26,486 bases of DNA from positions 1 to 26,486 of the forward strand of contig JACPCX010000095.1 in NCBI GenBank assembly GCA_016184305.1. Reading direction: 5' to 3'. This DNA is from Candidatus Rokuibacteriota bacterium (lineage in GTDB: Bacteria > Methylomirabilota > Methylomirabilia > Rokubacteriales > CSP1-6). Position 1 is the first letter of the stretch. Each line of letters starts with the position of its first letter. Under the pieces are notes generated by a model. It worked only from the letters and a program-made list of their open reading frames with translations, was not told the origin of the DNA and did no database searches. A program made the translations under genes and the position numbers. This document shows positions 8,525 to 16,954 of this stretch, one piece after another.

Positions 8525-9424
8525 CTACTGCGCCCGCGCCGACGGTGTGATCTGCAGGAGTGAGGGGCTGTCCGTCTCCACCTGGATCGTGGTGTGGTCG
8601 ATGCCGAAGCGGACGTGCAGGAGCAGGTGGAGGGCCTGCAGGATGCGATCGCTCGCGGCGCCAGCGTCCACCACCACATGCGCGCTCATGGCCTCGCGCC
8701 CCGAGGTGAGCGTCCAGACGTGGAGGTCGTGGACGCGGAGCACCCCCGGGGCCTCGGCGAGGGCGAGCCCGATCTCGGTGACGTCGAGGTGCGGGGGCAC
8801 ACCCTCAAGCAGCACGTTCACGGCCTGCCAGAGGAGCGCGCCGGTGCGGGGCAGGATCAGCATACCGATGACGGCGCCGGCCACCGGGTCGGCCCCATGC
8901 CAGCCCGTGACGGCGATGACGGCCCCGGCGACCAGCACCGCCCCCGAGCTCAGCGCGTCCCCCAGCACCTCGAGGTAGGCGCCCCGCACGTTCAGGCTCT
9001 CGGCGGCGCCGCCGTGGAGGAGGCGCATGCTGGCGAGGTTCGCCCCGAGCCCGAGGGCCGCCGCCAGGACGATCGGGACACCGGCCACCTCGGGCGGCGC
9101 CCAGAGGCGCCCCCAGGCGTGCCAGAGAATGACCAGCGCCAGCACGCAGAGGAGGACTCCGTTGACCAGCGTGGCCAGGATTTCCACCCGGTAGTAGCCA
9201 TAGGTCTTGGTCGCGGTGGCGGGTCGCTCGGCCACCCAGATCGCCCCGAGGCTCAGCAGGATGGCGCCCGCATCGGTGAACATGTGGGCGGCGTCGGCCA
9301 GGAGCGAGAGGCTTCCGGTCCACAGGGCGACGGCCAGCTCCACCACGAGCACCGTTGCGGTGAGGGCCAGCGCGCCCAGGAGCCGGGACTTGTGCCGCGA
9401 GCCGTGGGTGTGGCGCTGGTGCAC
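8525..9424 (-). CDS. Cation diffusion facilitator (CzcD/ZitB-like Zn/Co/Cd exporter)
   Basis: His-rich N-terminus, SLSLLADAAHMFTD, TYGYYRVEIL, SLNVRGAYLEVLGD, VHDLHVW, HTTIQVE. Start uncertain (GTG 9424 or CTG 9436). Confidence 0.93.
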   Translation of the reverse strand: MHQRHTHGSRHKSRLLGALALTATVLVVELAVALWTGSLSLLADAAHMFTDAGAILLSLGAIWVAERPATATKTYGYYRVEILATLVNGVLLCVLALVILWHAWGRLWAPPEVAGVPIVLAAALGLGANLASMRLLHGGAAESLNVRGAYLEVLGDALSSGAVLVAGAVIAVTGWHGADPVAGAVIGMLILPRTGALLWQAVNVLLEGVPPHLDVTEIGLALAEAPGVLRVHDLHVWTLTSGREAMSAHVVVDAGAASDRILQALHLLLHVRFGIDHTTIQVETDSPSLLQITPSARAQ

Positions 9425-9432
9425 GGGGAGGC

Positions 9433-9936
9433 TCAGCGGGGCGGCGGGGCCACCAGCCGCACCTCGCCCTGCCGCAGGCCCTGGCTCTCGAAGAAGCCCT
9501 TCCGTGCCTCGAGGGCGTAGCGGAAGCGGCCCATGGGCCCGTACAGCGCGGTGGGGCTCGGGTCCATGCGCAGGATGGAGAAGACGCTGCCGTCGGCCTT
9601 GGCGAAGGCGATGTCGAGCGGAGCGGGCACGTTCTGCATGTGGAACTGGGTGACGATCTCCTCGCCGAAGTCGAAGAGGATCAGGTGTCGCTCGATCTCC
9701 TCGCGGGTGGCGCACTGGAACCCCGCTGCCTGCTGATCCCCCGTCCGCGCGACACGCACCCGGAGCGCCATGGTCCGGCCCTTGCTCTCCACCGTGACCA
9801 TCTGGATGGGCATGGAGGCGAAGGCCTGGCGCCAGCGGGGGCAGAGGCTGCTGTCCTCGGCCGCCGCGCCCGCCCCGGCCAGCGCCGCCACGCCGAGGAG
9901 CGCGGCGGCCGCGCCCCACAGAATCCTGCCGCTCAC
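9433..9936 (-). CDS. Exported DUF192-family protein, 167 aa
   Basis: Signal-like N-terminus; V.VART...A.G, LFDF, FHMQNVPAPLDIAF, YALEA..G; GTGA overlap with the znuB stop. Confidence 0.8.
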   Translation of the reverse strand: MSGRILWGAAAALLGVAALAGAGAAAEDSSLCPRWRQAFASMPIQMVTVESKGRTMALRVRVARTGDQQAAGFQCATREEIERHLILFDFGEEIVTQFHMQNVPAPLDIAFAKADGSVFSILRMDPSPTALYGPMGRFRYALEARKGFFESQGLRQGEVRLVAPPPR

Positions 9937-10766
9937 GCGCGGAGCCCGAGTGAACGGCGGAGGCCCGCCCGGCTGGCGAGGGAGGCCGCGGCGAAGATGA
10001 GGAGCGCCGTGAGCACGATGGCGCCCCCCGCGGCGAGCCTCAGGTAATAGGCGGCGATGAGCCCCGCGGTGACGGACAGGAGTGCCATGCCGATGGCGAT
10101 GCCGAGGGCCTGGCGGAAGCTCCGGCCCAGCGAGAAGCCCGTGAGGGTGGGGATGACGATCATGGCGCTGACGAGGAGCACGCCCACCATCCGCATGGCG
10201 ACGACGGTGGTCAGCGCGGTGAGCACCGTCAGCATCAGGTTCAGCGCGGCCACCGGCACCCCGCTGGCGCGCGCGAGATCCTCGTTGAGCGTGATGGCGA
10301 AGAGCTGCCGGTAGAAGAGGCCGAGGGCGGCGCCGACCAGAGCCCCCAGGCCCACGATGAGCCACACGTCGGTGGGGCTCACCGTGAGGATGCTGCCGAA
10401 CAGGATGGCGAAGAGGTCGGCGTTGAAGCCGCGGGCCAGGCTGATCAGCACCACCGCGAGCGCGAAGCCGCCCGAGAGGAACACCGCCAGCGCGGCGTCG
10501 CCCTGGAGCGCGCCCCGGGACCGGAGCCGCTCGATGCCGACCGCGCCCGCCACCGTCACCACGAGGGCTCCCAGCACGGGGGAGATGCCCAGGAAGAGCC
10601 CGAGGGCCACGCCGGCCAGCGCCACGTGCGCCAGCGTGTCAGCGATGAGCGAGAGGCGGCGCGGGACCAGGAAGACGCCGATGGAGGGGCAGATGATGGC
10701 CGTCATGGCGCCGGCCACGAAGGCGCGGTGCATGAAGCCGTACTCGAGGAACTCGGGCATCGGCAT
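9933..10766 (-). CDS. znuB: Metal ABC transporter permease (ZnuB-like); 5' end duplicated
   Basis: FMHRAF, IGVFLV.RRLSLIADTLAHVALAG, LFGSIL, NEDLARASG, VGVLLVSAM..IP. The upstream ATG (10851) is frameshifted by an 85-bp duplication; the second ATG (10766) gives the full ORF. Confidence 0.9.
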   Translation of the reverse strand: MPMPEFLEYGFMHRAFVAGAMTAIICPSIGVFLVPRRLSLIADTLAHVALAGVALGLFLGISPVLGALVVTVAGAVGIERLRSRGALQGDAALAVFLSGGFALAVVLISLARGFNADLFAILFGSILTVSPTDVWLIVGLGALVGAALGLFYRQLFAITLNEDLARASGVPVAALNLMLTVLTALTTVVAMRMVGVLLVSAMIVIPTLTGFSLGRSFRQALGIAIGMALLSVTAGLIAAYYLRLAAGGAIVLTALLIFAAASLASRAGLRRSLGLRA

Positions 10767-10852
10767 GGGAGGGGCAGATGATGGCCGTCATGGCGCCGGC
10801 CACGAAGGCGCGGTGCATGAAGCCGTACTCGAGGAACTCGGGCATCGGCATG
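10683..10852. repeat. Perfect 85-bp tandem duplication of the znuB 5' end
   Basis: 10683-10767 and 10768-10852 are identical (ggaggggcagatg...ggcatcggcatg). Confidence 0.97.
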
Positions 10853-10854
10853 GC

Positions 10855-11031
10855 CTAGTGCGCCTCCAACGAGTTTCTCCTACTCCACATGCGCGACCGC
10901 CCCGTGCCGGGCCAAGGAGCGAGCCAGACGAGGCTCGAGGGAGGCGCGGGCGCGAGGCGTACGTGGGTGTACGTTGAGCGCCCGCGCCGACCGAGAACGA
11001 CGTATGGCGAAGTTCATTGGGCCGGCACTAG
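10855..11031. mobile_element. MITE-like CTAG-bounded element A between znuC and znuB
   Basis: Imperfect inverted ends ctagtgc....ccaa / ttgg....gcactag and an internal hairpin at 10943-10988. Removing it leaves the znuC TAG 3 nt before the znuB ATG. Confidence 0.7.
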
Positions 11032-11724
11032 TGGTGGTGGGCGACGACGCGCACGGCCGGCCCATAGAGCGCGGCCAGCGCGGCGTCATTCAGAAAGTCC
11101 CCGGGGCGACCGTGGAAGATGAGGCGCCGATTCAGGCAGGCCAGCTTGGTGACCTCTTTCGCCACCACGCCGATGTCGTGGCTGACCAGGATCAGGGTGA
11201 TGCGCTTCCGGATCCACGCCGCCCGTGGGCTCGTCGAGGATCAGCAGCTCGGGGTTGGAGACGAGGGCGCGCGCGATGAGGACGCGCTGCTGCTGGCCCG
11301 GAGAGAGGGTGCCGATGCGCGCCGCCGCCACCGCGTCCATGCCGACGTGGGCGAGGACCTCGCCGACGCGGCGGCGCTCGACGGCGCCCGCGCGCCCGAG
11401 AAGCCCGAGCGCGGCCACGAGCCCGCTCGCCACGACTTCCTGGACCGTGGCCGGCAGCCCGGGATCGAGTGTCGCCTTCTGCGGCACGTAGCCCACGCGC
11501 CCCCACTGGCGGAAGCTTTCAGGCGCATGCCCGAAGAGGCGCACCTTGCCGCCTGACGGTTGCAGCAGCCCGAGAGCCAGGCGGAGGAGCGTGGTCTTGC
11601 CGGATCCGTTGGGGCCGATGATGCCCAGGAAGTCTCCGGCTTCCACGGTGAGGTTGATGCCCTCGAGCACCCGCACCTCGCCGTAGGTGAAGCCCACGCC
11701 CTCGAGCTCGACGAAAGGCCTCAC
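11028..11724 (-). pseudogene. znuC: Metal ABC transporter ATPase (ZnuC-like), frameshifted by a short deletion (possibly an assembly error)
   Basis: GPNGSGKTT, GYVPQK, LSPGQQQR, LILDEPTGGVDPEA; then a frame change at ~11202 into ITLILVSHDIGVV...LACLNRRLIFHG...AHHH*. The helix after the D-loop is missing. Confidence 0.88.
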
Positions 11725-12623
11725 GAGCAGTCCAGGGCAACGCGCAGGTTCTTCAGGTTCTCCTCCATCAAGGCCACGTAGCCCTGGCCCGCTCTCGCCT
11801 GCTCCGGCGTGATCCCTTCCACGGGGTTCAGGACCAGCGTCCGGGCTCCGATCTCCCGGGCCAGCGTCTCGGCCAGCCGCGGACTCACGAGCGTCTCGAA
11901 GAAAATGTACTTCACTTTCTTCTGGCGCGCGAACCGGACGATGCTCGCGAGCTGGGCCGGGCTCGGCTCCGACTCGGGCGCGAGCCCCATGACCGGCACC
12001 ACCGACAGCCGGTAGCGGGCGGCCAGATAGCCGAAGGCCGCGTGGGAGACGACGATCTCCCGGCGGGCGCATCGGGCGAGGCCCGCCGCGTAGGTCTGGT
12101 CCAGGAGCGCGAGCGTTGCCTGGAATGCGCGGGCGCGCTCGGCATAGGCGATTGTCCCCCCGGGGTCGCTCGTGGTCAGCGCCTCCCGGATACGCTCCAC
12201 CATGGCCTGGGCCAGCACGGGGTCGAGCCAGACATGGGGATCGGGGGGCCCGCCGCTTGTCCCCGTCATGAGCGGGAGCCCCTGCGTGATGTTCAAGGCC
12301 GTGGGTTTCGTCGCCGCGTCCGCGAGGAGCTTGTCCACCCACGGCTCGATCCCCGCGCCGTTGTAGACCAGGAGGCGGGCCCGCTGCAGCAGCGCCACGT
12401 CCTGGGGCGAGGGCTCCCAGTCATGGGGCTCCACACCGGCCGGGACGAGCGAGACGACCTCCGCGCGATCGCCCGCGACCTGAAGCGAGAACTCGTAGAG
12501 CGGATAGAAAGTGGCGACCACCAGCGGCTTCGACGACGGGGCGGGGGGCTCGGTGCAGCCGGCCGAGCCGAGAGCCAGGAGCGCGACCGCCACGCGCCAT
12601 CCCCGGCGCCAGCGCCGGATCAG
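11721..12623 (-). CDS. znuA: Metal ABC transporter substrate-binding lipoprotein (ZnuA/AdcA-like)
   Basis: Lipobox SAGC, VVATFYPL, EPHDWEPSP, DPHVWLDP, SHAAFGYLA, NPVEG. Probable CTG start at 12623 with GGAGG 6 nt upstream (alternative GTG 12593). Confidence 0.92.
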   Translation of the reverse strand: MIRRWRRGWRVAVALLALGSAGCTEPPAPSSKPLVVATFYPLYEFSLQVAGDRAEVVSLVPAGVEPHDWEPSPQDVALLQRARLLVYNGAGIEPWVDKLLADAATKPTALNITQGLPLMTGTSGGPPDPHVWLDPVLAQAMVERIREALTTSDPGGTIAYAERARAFQATLALLDQTYAAGLARCARREIVVSHAAFGYLAARYRLSVVPVMGLAPESEPSPAQLASIVRFARQKKVKYIFFETLVSPRLAETLAREIGARTLVLNPVEGITPEQARAGQGYVALMEENLKNLRVALDCS

Positions 12624-13237
12624 GAGTCGCCTCCGAGCGCGGCGAGTCGCGCGCTCTCCCACCACGCCCCGCCTGCGGCGCAGGCCGTGGCGAGCGCCCA
12701 GCCCCCGAGGACATCGGTGGGCCAGTGGGCGTTGAGCATGATGCGGGCCCAGCCGACTCCCAGGACGAGGATCACGGCCAGCGCCACGAGGGCCACGCGC
12801 CGGCGACGGCTCGCGCGCTCGCGGCTCAGCACGTGGATGAGGATCACGGCGAACGTCGCGACGGCGGTCGAGTGACCGCTGGGGAAGCCGAAGGAGTCGT
12901 CGGCCGGCCGCGGCCTTCCCACGAGGAACTTCGCGGCGGTCTCCGCGAGGCCCGAGACGGCGAAGACGGCGCCCCACAGCCACCAGTGCCGTCGGGCCAC
13001 CGGGGACAGCGCGAAGAGCAGGAGCATGGCCGGGACGAGCACCCGGGCGGTGCCCCCGTAGTTCACCCACCGGGCGACTTCGAGCATCCTCGACGTCTGG
13101 CCGTCGATGAGGCCCTGGCGGACCGTGACGTCGCCGGGAGCGATTCCGGCGAGGAGGGCGATGAGTGCCAGCGCGGCGAAGGCGGCGAGGCCCGCCAGGC
13201 AGGCGGCCCGCCAGCGCGCCTCGGCCGTGGAGGTCAT
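12620..13237 (-). CDS. PAP2-family membrane phosphatase, 205 aa
   Basis: KFLVGRPRP, FPSGH and ARIMLNAHWPTD are the three PAP2 motifs; ATGA overlap with the upstream gene. Confidence 0.9.
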   Translation of the reverse strand: MTSTAEARWRAACLAGLAAFAALALIALLAGIAPGDVTVRQGLIDGQTSRMLEVARWVNYGGTARVLVPAMLLLFALSPVARRHWWLWGAVFAVSGLAETAAKFLVGRPRPADDSFGFPSGHSTAVATFAVILIHVLSRERASRRRRVALVALAVILVLGVGWARIMLNAHWPTDVLGGWALATACAAGGAWWESARLAALGGDS

Positions 13238-14214
13238 GACGGATATTGTATTCGAAGGGGTGGAGACGGGCGGCCGAGATAGGTCGTCTCGCCGATGGTC
13301 ACCAGGGGATACGTCGAGACGAAATCCGAGAAGCCGGGCGGGCCCTGGCCCGTGCGCGGGTCGAACTGATACCCGTGCCACGGGCACTCGAGATAGCCGT
13401 CGCGGACGCGCCCCTCGCCCAGCGGGCCGTTCTGATGCGGACACACGTTGGAGACGGCGTGGAGCCGGCCCTCCAGCCTCACGACGGCGATCCGCTCGCC
13501 TCCCGCGCAGACGGCTCTGGCCTCGCCCTCGGCGAGATCGGCGAAGCGCCCCAGCGGGACGAGGCCGTCGGGCCCCGGGGGCGCCGGGCGATCGGCGGCG
13601 GCCTCCTTGACCCCGGCGGCGATGTGAAGCGCCGCCACGATGCCGACCACGGCGAAGAACCCACCGGCCAGCGCCCAGGGGATGGGCCCCTCGTCGGACG
13701 CGAGCCGCGTCAGCACGTGGATGGCCAGCAGGCCGTATGCCGCGTACACGGCCATGTGGAGGCGCTTCCAGCCCGCGGGCCCCCAGGCGTGGAGGAAGTG
13801 GTCCCACGAGGTGAGCGCCATGGCGGTGAGGATGACGAGGGCCGCGGCGCCGAAGACGGGATAGGGGACGCCAAGGAAGCGCTCGCCCGAGGCGGCATCG
13901 AGGAGCCCTCTCGGGTCCCAGCCGACGGCGTAGTGCATGACCAGGCCGGCGTGGAGCGCTCCCAGTCCCCATGTGGTCACGCCCAGATGGCGCCGGTGAT
14001 GGATGAGGCGCGTGGCGGGACGCCAGAGCCTGGCCAGGGGGCCGAGGCTCAGCACGGTGCTCAGCAGGAGGAACGCGAGCGTCGCGCAGGCGCGCACCAG
14101 GAAGACGTCGCGGTCGGGGCCGGGGAAGAGAGCACGGCCCCCGGCGAACCAGACGAGGATCAGGAGCGCGAGCCCCGCGTCGAGCTTCCACTTGGCGGTG
14201 ACGCTCACGCTCAC
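13234..14214 (-). CDS. MsrQ/ferric reductase-like transmembrane domain fused to a Rieske [2Fe-2S] domain
   Basis: L.LGPL.R, RRHLGV, ALH, A.TS.D, WKRLH.AVY..Y....H in TM helices; C-terminal CPHQNGPLGEG...CPWHGYQFD. Confidence 0.88.
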   Translation of the reverse strand: MSVSVTAKWKLDAGLALLILVWFAGGRALFPGPDRDVFLVRACATLAFLLLSTVLSLGPLARLWRPATRLIHHRRHLGVTTWGLGALHAGLVMHYAVGWDPRGLLDAASGERFLGVPYPVFGAAALVILTAMALTSWDHFLHAWGPAGWKRLHMAVYAAYGLLAIHVLTRLASDEGPIPWALAGGFFAVVGIVAALHIAAGVKEAAADRPAPPGPDGLVPLGRFADLAEGEARAVCAGGERIAVVRLEGRLHAVSNVCPHQNGPLGEGRVRDGYLECPWHGYQFDPRTGQGPPGFSDFVSTYPLVTIGETTYLGRPSPPLRIQYPS

Positions 14215-14309
14215 GGCTGCACTGCCAGGATCACCGCCGCGGCGGCGGCGATGAGGACGATCCAGACGACCCAGATCCGCCGATGCGCTTTGCGAAGGGG
14301 CGCGATCAT
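14211..14309 (-). CDS. Small single-TM peptide (32 aa)
   Basis: MIAPLRKAHRRIWVVWIVLIAAAAAVILAVQP; start/stop overlaps (ATGA, GTGA) at both ends. Confidence 0.5.
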   Translation of the reverse strand: MIAPLRKAHRRIWVVWIVLIAAAAAVILAVQP

Positions 14310-14536
14310 GCCGGGCGCCGGCGCCGGGGCGAGAGCCCCTGCGCCGGCCGTCGGGCCACCGGGGACACCGCGAAGAGCAGGAGCATGGTCGGGACGAGCA
14401 CCCGGCCGGCGCCCCCGGAGTTTACCCACCGGGCGACCTCGATCATCCTCGACGTCTGGCCGTCGATGAGGCCCTGGCGGACCGTGACGTCGCCGGGAGC
14501 GATTCCGGCGAGGCGGGCGGTGAGTACCACCGTCAC
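14306..14536 (-). pseudogene. Truncated, diverged duplicate of the PAP2 gene 5' region
   Basis: 14347-14513 matches 12988-13154 with 8 mismatches in 167 bp; all PAP2 catalytic motifs are absent. Confidence 0.85.
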
Positions 14537-14910
14537 ATCGTCCCCTGCTTCGTCATCTCGGTGATCGTCATCCTCGGCGGGATGCCCCTGAGCGTGAAGC
14601 GCACGAGGTCGCCGACCTGCGCCGCAGCGAGCCGCTGCGGGTCCTGAATCTGGAAGCCCATGGTCATGGAGGGCATGAAGCCGGCGATGTCCTCGTGGGT
14701 GAGGATGACGACGTTCAGCTCGGGGATCAGCCCGCGCACCACGCCCTGGCCCGTGAAGACCTGCTCCACCCCCGGAAAGGCGCCGCGCTCGCGGGAGAGC
14801 GCCAGCTCTTCCTCGAGGCGAGGGATTTGCCGGCCCCAGGCGAGGTAGCCGAGAAAGAGCCCGGCGGCGAGCGCCAGGTTCACGAGGAGCACAACCCGCC
14901 AGAGCCTCAT
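14533..14910 (-). CDS. Membrane-anchored CusF-like copper-binding protein
   Basis: N-terminal TM; G.GVV, LTHEDIAGFMPSMTMGF (His plus MxM), VGD.VRFTL. Alternative start at 14934. Confidence 0.85.
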   Translation of the reverse strand: MRLWRVVLLVNLALAAGLFLGYLAWGRQIPRLEEELALSRERGAFPGVEQVFTGQGVVRGLIPELNVVILTHEDIAGFMPSMTMGFQIQDPQRLAAAQVGDLVRFTLRGIPPRMTITEMTKQGTM

Positions 14911-14923
14911 CGAGTGTCCGGCC

Positions 14924-16954
14924 TCAGTGGACATGCTCGGCCGGTGGCGGCGCCGGCCTTTCGAGGGTGAGCCGCCTGAGCTCGGCGAGGATGGCGGCGG
15001 GATCCGTCCAGCCGGGGGCCGCCCCTCCGGGGATCCAGCGCGCGCGGAGATACCCCTGGCGGTCGATCAGGATCTCCATGTGCCCGGGCATAGGCGGGTC
15101 GGGGCGGAGACCATCGGGCAACAGGGTAGCCCGGAAGAGGCCATAGGCCCGTGCGATCTCCTCGCTGCCCTCGGTCACCACGGGAATGAGGATCGGGGGG
15201 GTTCCTCCGAGGCGTCTGATGATCCCGGCGCCACCGTCCAGCGGGACCGCGAGGATCTCGCCGCCCAGCGCACGGAGCGTCTCGTGGGTGTTCCCGAGAC
15301 GTGCGAGCCGGCCTCGAGAGCCGGGAAGGCTGAAGAATACGAGGAGTACGGCCCGCTGCCGTCGAAACTCCTTGAGGGCCCGACCCGGCCCCGGACCGGC
15401 GGAGTAGCTGAAGTCGGGAGCGACGATCCGGGGCCGGTCGGGCTCCAGCGCCGAGCCGAGCCCGCGCGCCTGCGCGGATGAGGCGAGGGAGCGCAGGAAG
15501 TTGACCACATCCCAGCGTTCCTCAGCGCCGAGCTTCTCGGCGAAGCCCGGCATGCCGCCCCGGGGGATGCCGTGGGTGAGCCACCAGAAGATGTCGCCCG
15601 CCGTGTGCTGGGCCGTGTGAGGCCCGGTGAGGTCGGCCGGCTTCCTGGGGAGCCCCGATGCACGCGGACCGTCCCCCAGCCCCGCCGCCCCGTGGCATTC
15701 CGCGCAATGCTCTCCGTAGAGCGCCATGCCCCTGGTCACCGAGCCCGCGTGGTAGGTCACGGCCGGACGGCGGTACGTGGATGGATACGCGTCCACGGTC
15801 ATGGGCGGCAGGGCGAGGAGGAGCCCTGCAGCCATGGCCGCTGCGCCTGCGCCGAGCACCAGGCCCCGGCGCCTCCTGAGCAGCGTGCCCGTGACCACTG
15901 CCAGCAGGCCCATCACGGCGACCTGGCTGCCGGCGAGCACGCGTGGCTGAAGGCCGGCGGGGCCGACGGCGACGTCGTACGAGAAGCGGAACGACAGCGG
16001 CCACGACGGGCTCTCGTGTCGCGCCGGCGGGGTGATGGTGAGGACGCTGACGACCACGAGGGCCAGCGCACCGAGCACCCACTCGATGGCCACCAGCCTG
16101 CCGAGCCGCGCCATGGCGGGGCGGCCCACCTCGGCGGCATCGCCGGAAAGGGCCGGAAGCAGCCGCCGGCTCCGGCTCGCCACGACGAGAACGGCGAGCA
16201 CGAGGGCGATCTTGAGGAGCAGCAGCCGGCCATAGCGGGTGCCCACGAGGGCCGGCACGTCGCCGACCTGGCTCCACGAGTTGCCGATGCCCGTGGCGCC
16301 GAGCAGCAGCATCGCGGCCAGCGCGATGCCGGAGAAGCGACGGACAGCGACGACGGCCTCGGGCCGGCTGTCGGCCCCTGCCTCGCGCGAGGCTCGGCGG
16401 AGCAGGAGGCTCAGGGGCAGAAGGGTGCCGAGCCAGGCGCCCGCGGCGAGCAGGTGGGTCGCGTCCACCAGCGCGGCCCACAGCGCTCCGGGCTCCACCG
16501 CGGCGGCATGGCCCGCCCCGCCGAGCGCCGCCAGCGCCGCCGCGCCCAGCAGCCACGACTCGATCCGGAGCGCGGCCCAGTCGGCAGTAGACTCCTCGCG
16601 CTCGCGACCGCGCTCGCGCAGGAGCGCGAGAGCCGCGAGCAGGAGGAGCAGCACGTGGCGCAGGAGCCAGATGGCGCCCCAGCGGGTCTCGAGCAGCACG
16701 CCGAGCCACGCGGCGAGCTCGAGGGCGGCCGCGGGCCGTCCGGCGAGGTGAGCCGACTGATGCGCCACGAGCAACAGGCCCGAGAGGAGCGCGAGCCCGG
16801 CCAGCCACCGCGCCCAGCGGCCGAGGCCCTCGTCCCAGGCGCGCGCCGTGGGAGGCAGGCGCGGCCCCGCGAGCAGGGAGGCTGTGAAGAGCCCGATGAG
16901 GAGGATGCCCGCGAGGAGATTGATCCAGCGCAGGCCGGCACCCAGGGCGGTCAT
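14924..16954 (-). CDS. CopD-family membrane protein fused to cytochrome c and an AhpC/redoxin-like domain, 676 aa
   Basis: CopD: ETRWG..W..R, GHA, HLLAAGAWLG.L, RRFS, T.YG.LLLLK. Cytochrome c: CAECHG, PADLT, GGMPGF, WDVVNFL. Redoxin: APDF, VLLVFF, IARAYG, LIDRQG.LRARW. Confidence 0.88.
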   Translation of the reverse strand: MTALGAGLRWINLLAGILLIGLFTASLLAGPRLPPTARAWDEGLGRWARWLAGLALLSGLLLVAHQSAHLAGRPAAALELAAWLGVLLETRWGAIWLLRHVLLLLLAALALLRERGREREESTADWAALRIESWLLGAAALAALGGAGHAAAVEPGALWAALVDATHLLAAGAWLGTLLPLSLLLRRASREAGADSRPEAVVAVRRFSGIALAAMLLLGATGIGNSWSQVGDVPALVGTRYGRLLLLKIALVLAVLVVASRSRRLLPALSGDAAEVGRPAMARLGRLVAIEWVLGALALVVVSVLTITPPARHESPSWPLSFRFSYDVAVGPAGLQPRVLAGSQVAVMGLLAVVTGTLLRRRRGLVLGAGAAAMAAGLLLALPPMTVDAYPSTYRRPAVTYHAGSVTRGMALYGEHCAECHGAAGLGDGPRASGLPRKPADLTGPHTAQHTAGDIFWWLTHGIPRGGMPGFAEKLGAEERWDVVNFLRSLASSAQARGLGSALEPDRPRIVAPDFSYSAGPGPGRALKEFRRQRAVLLVFFSLPGSRGRLARLGNTHETLRALGGEILAVPLDGGAGIIRRLGGTPPILIPVVTEGSEEIARAYGLFRATLLPDGLRPDPPMPGHMEILIDRQGYLRARWIPGGAAPGWTDPAAILAELRRLTLERPAPPPAEHVH

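Noticed and set aside
11195..11210. Programmed frameshift in znuC
   Set aside because: No slippery sequence, and residues are missing at the junction, which indicates a deletion.
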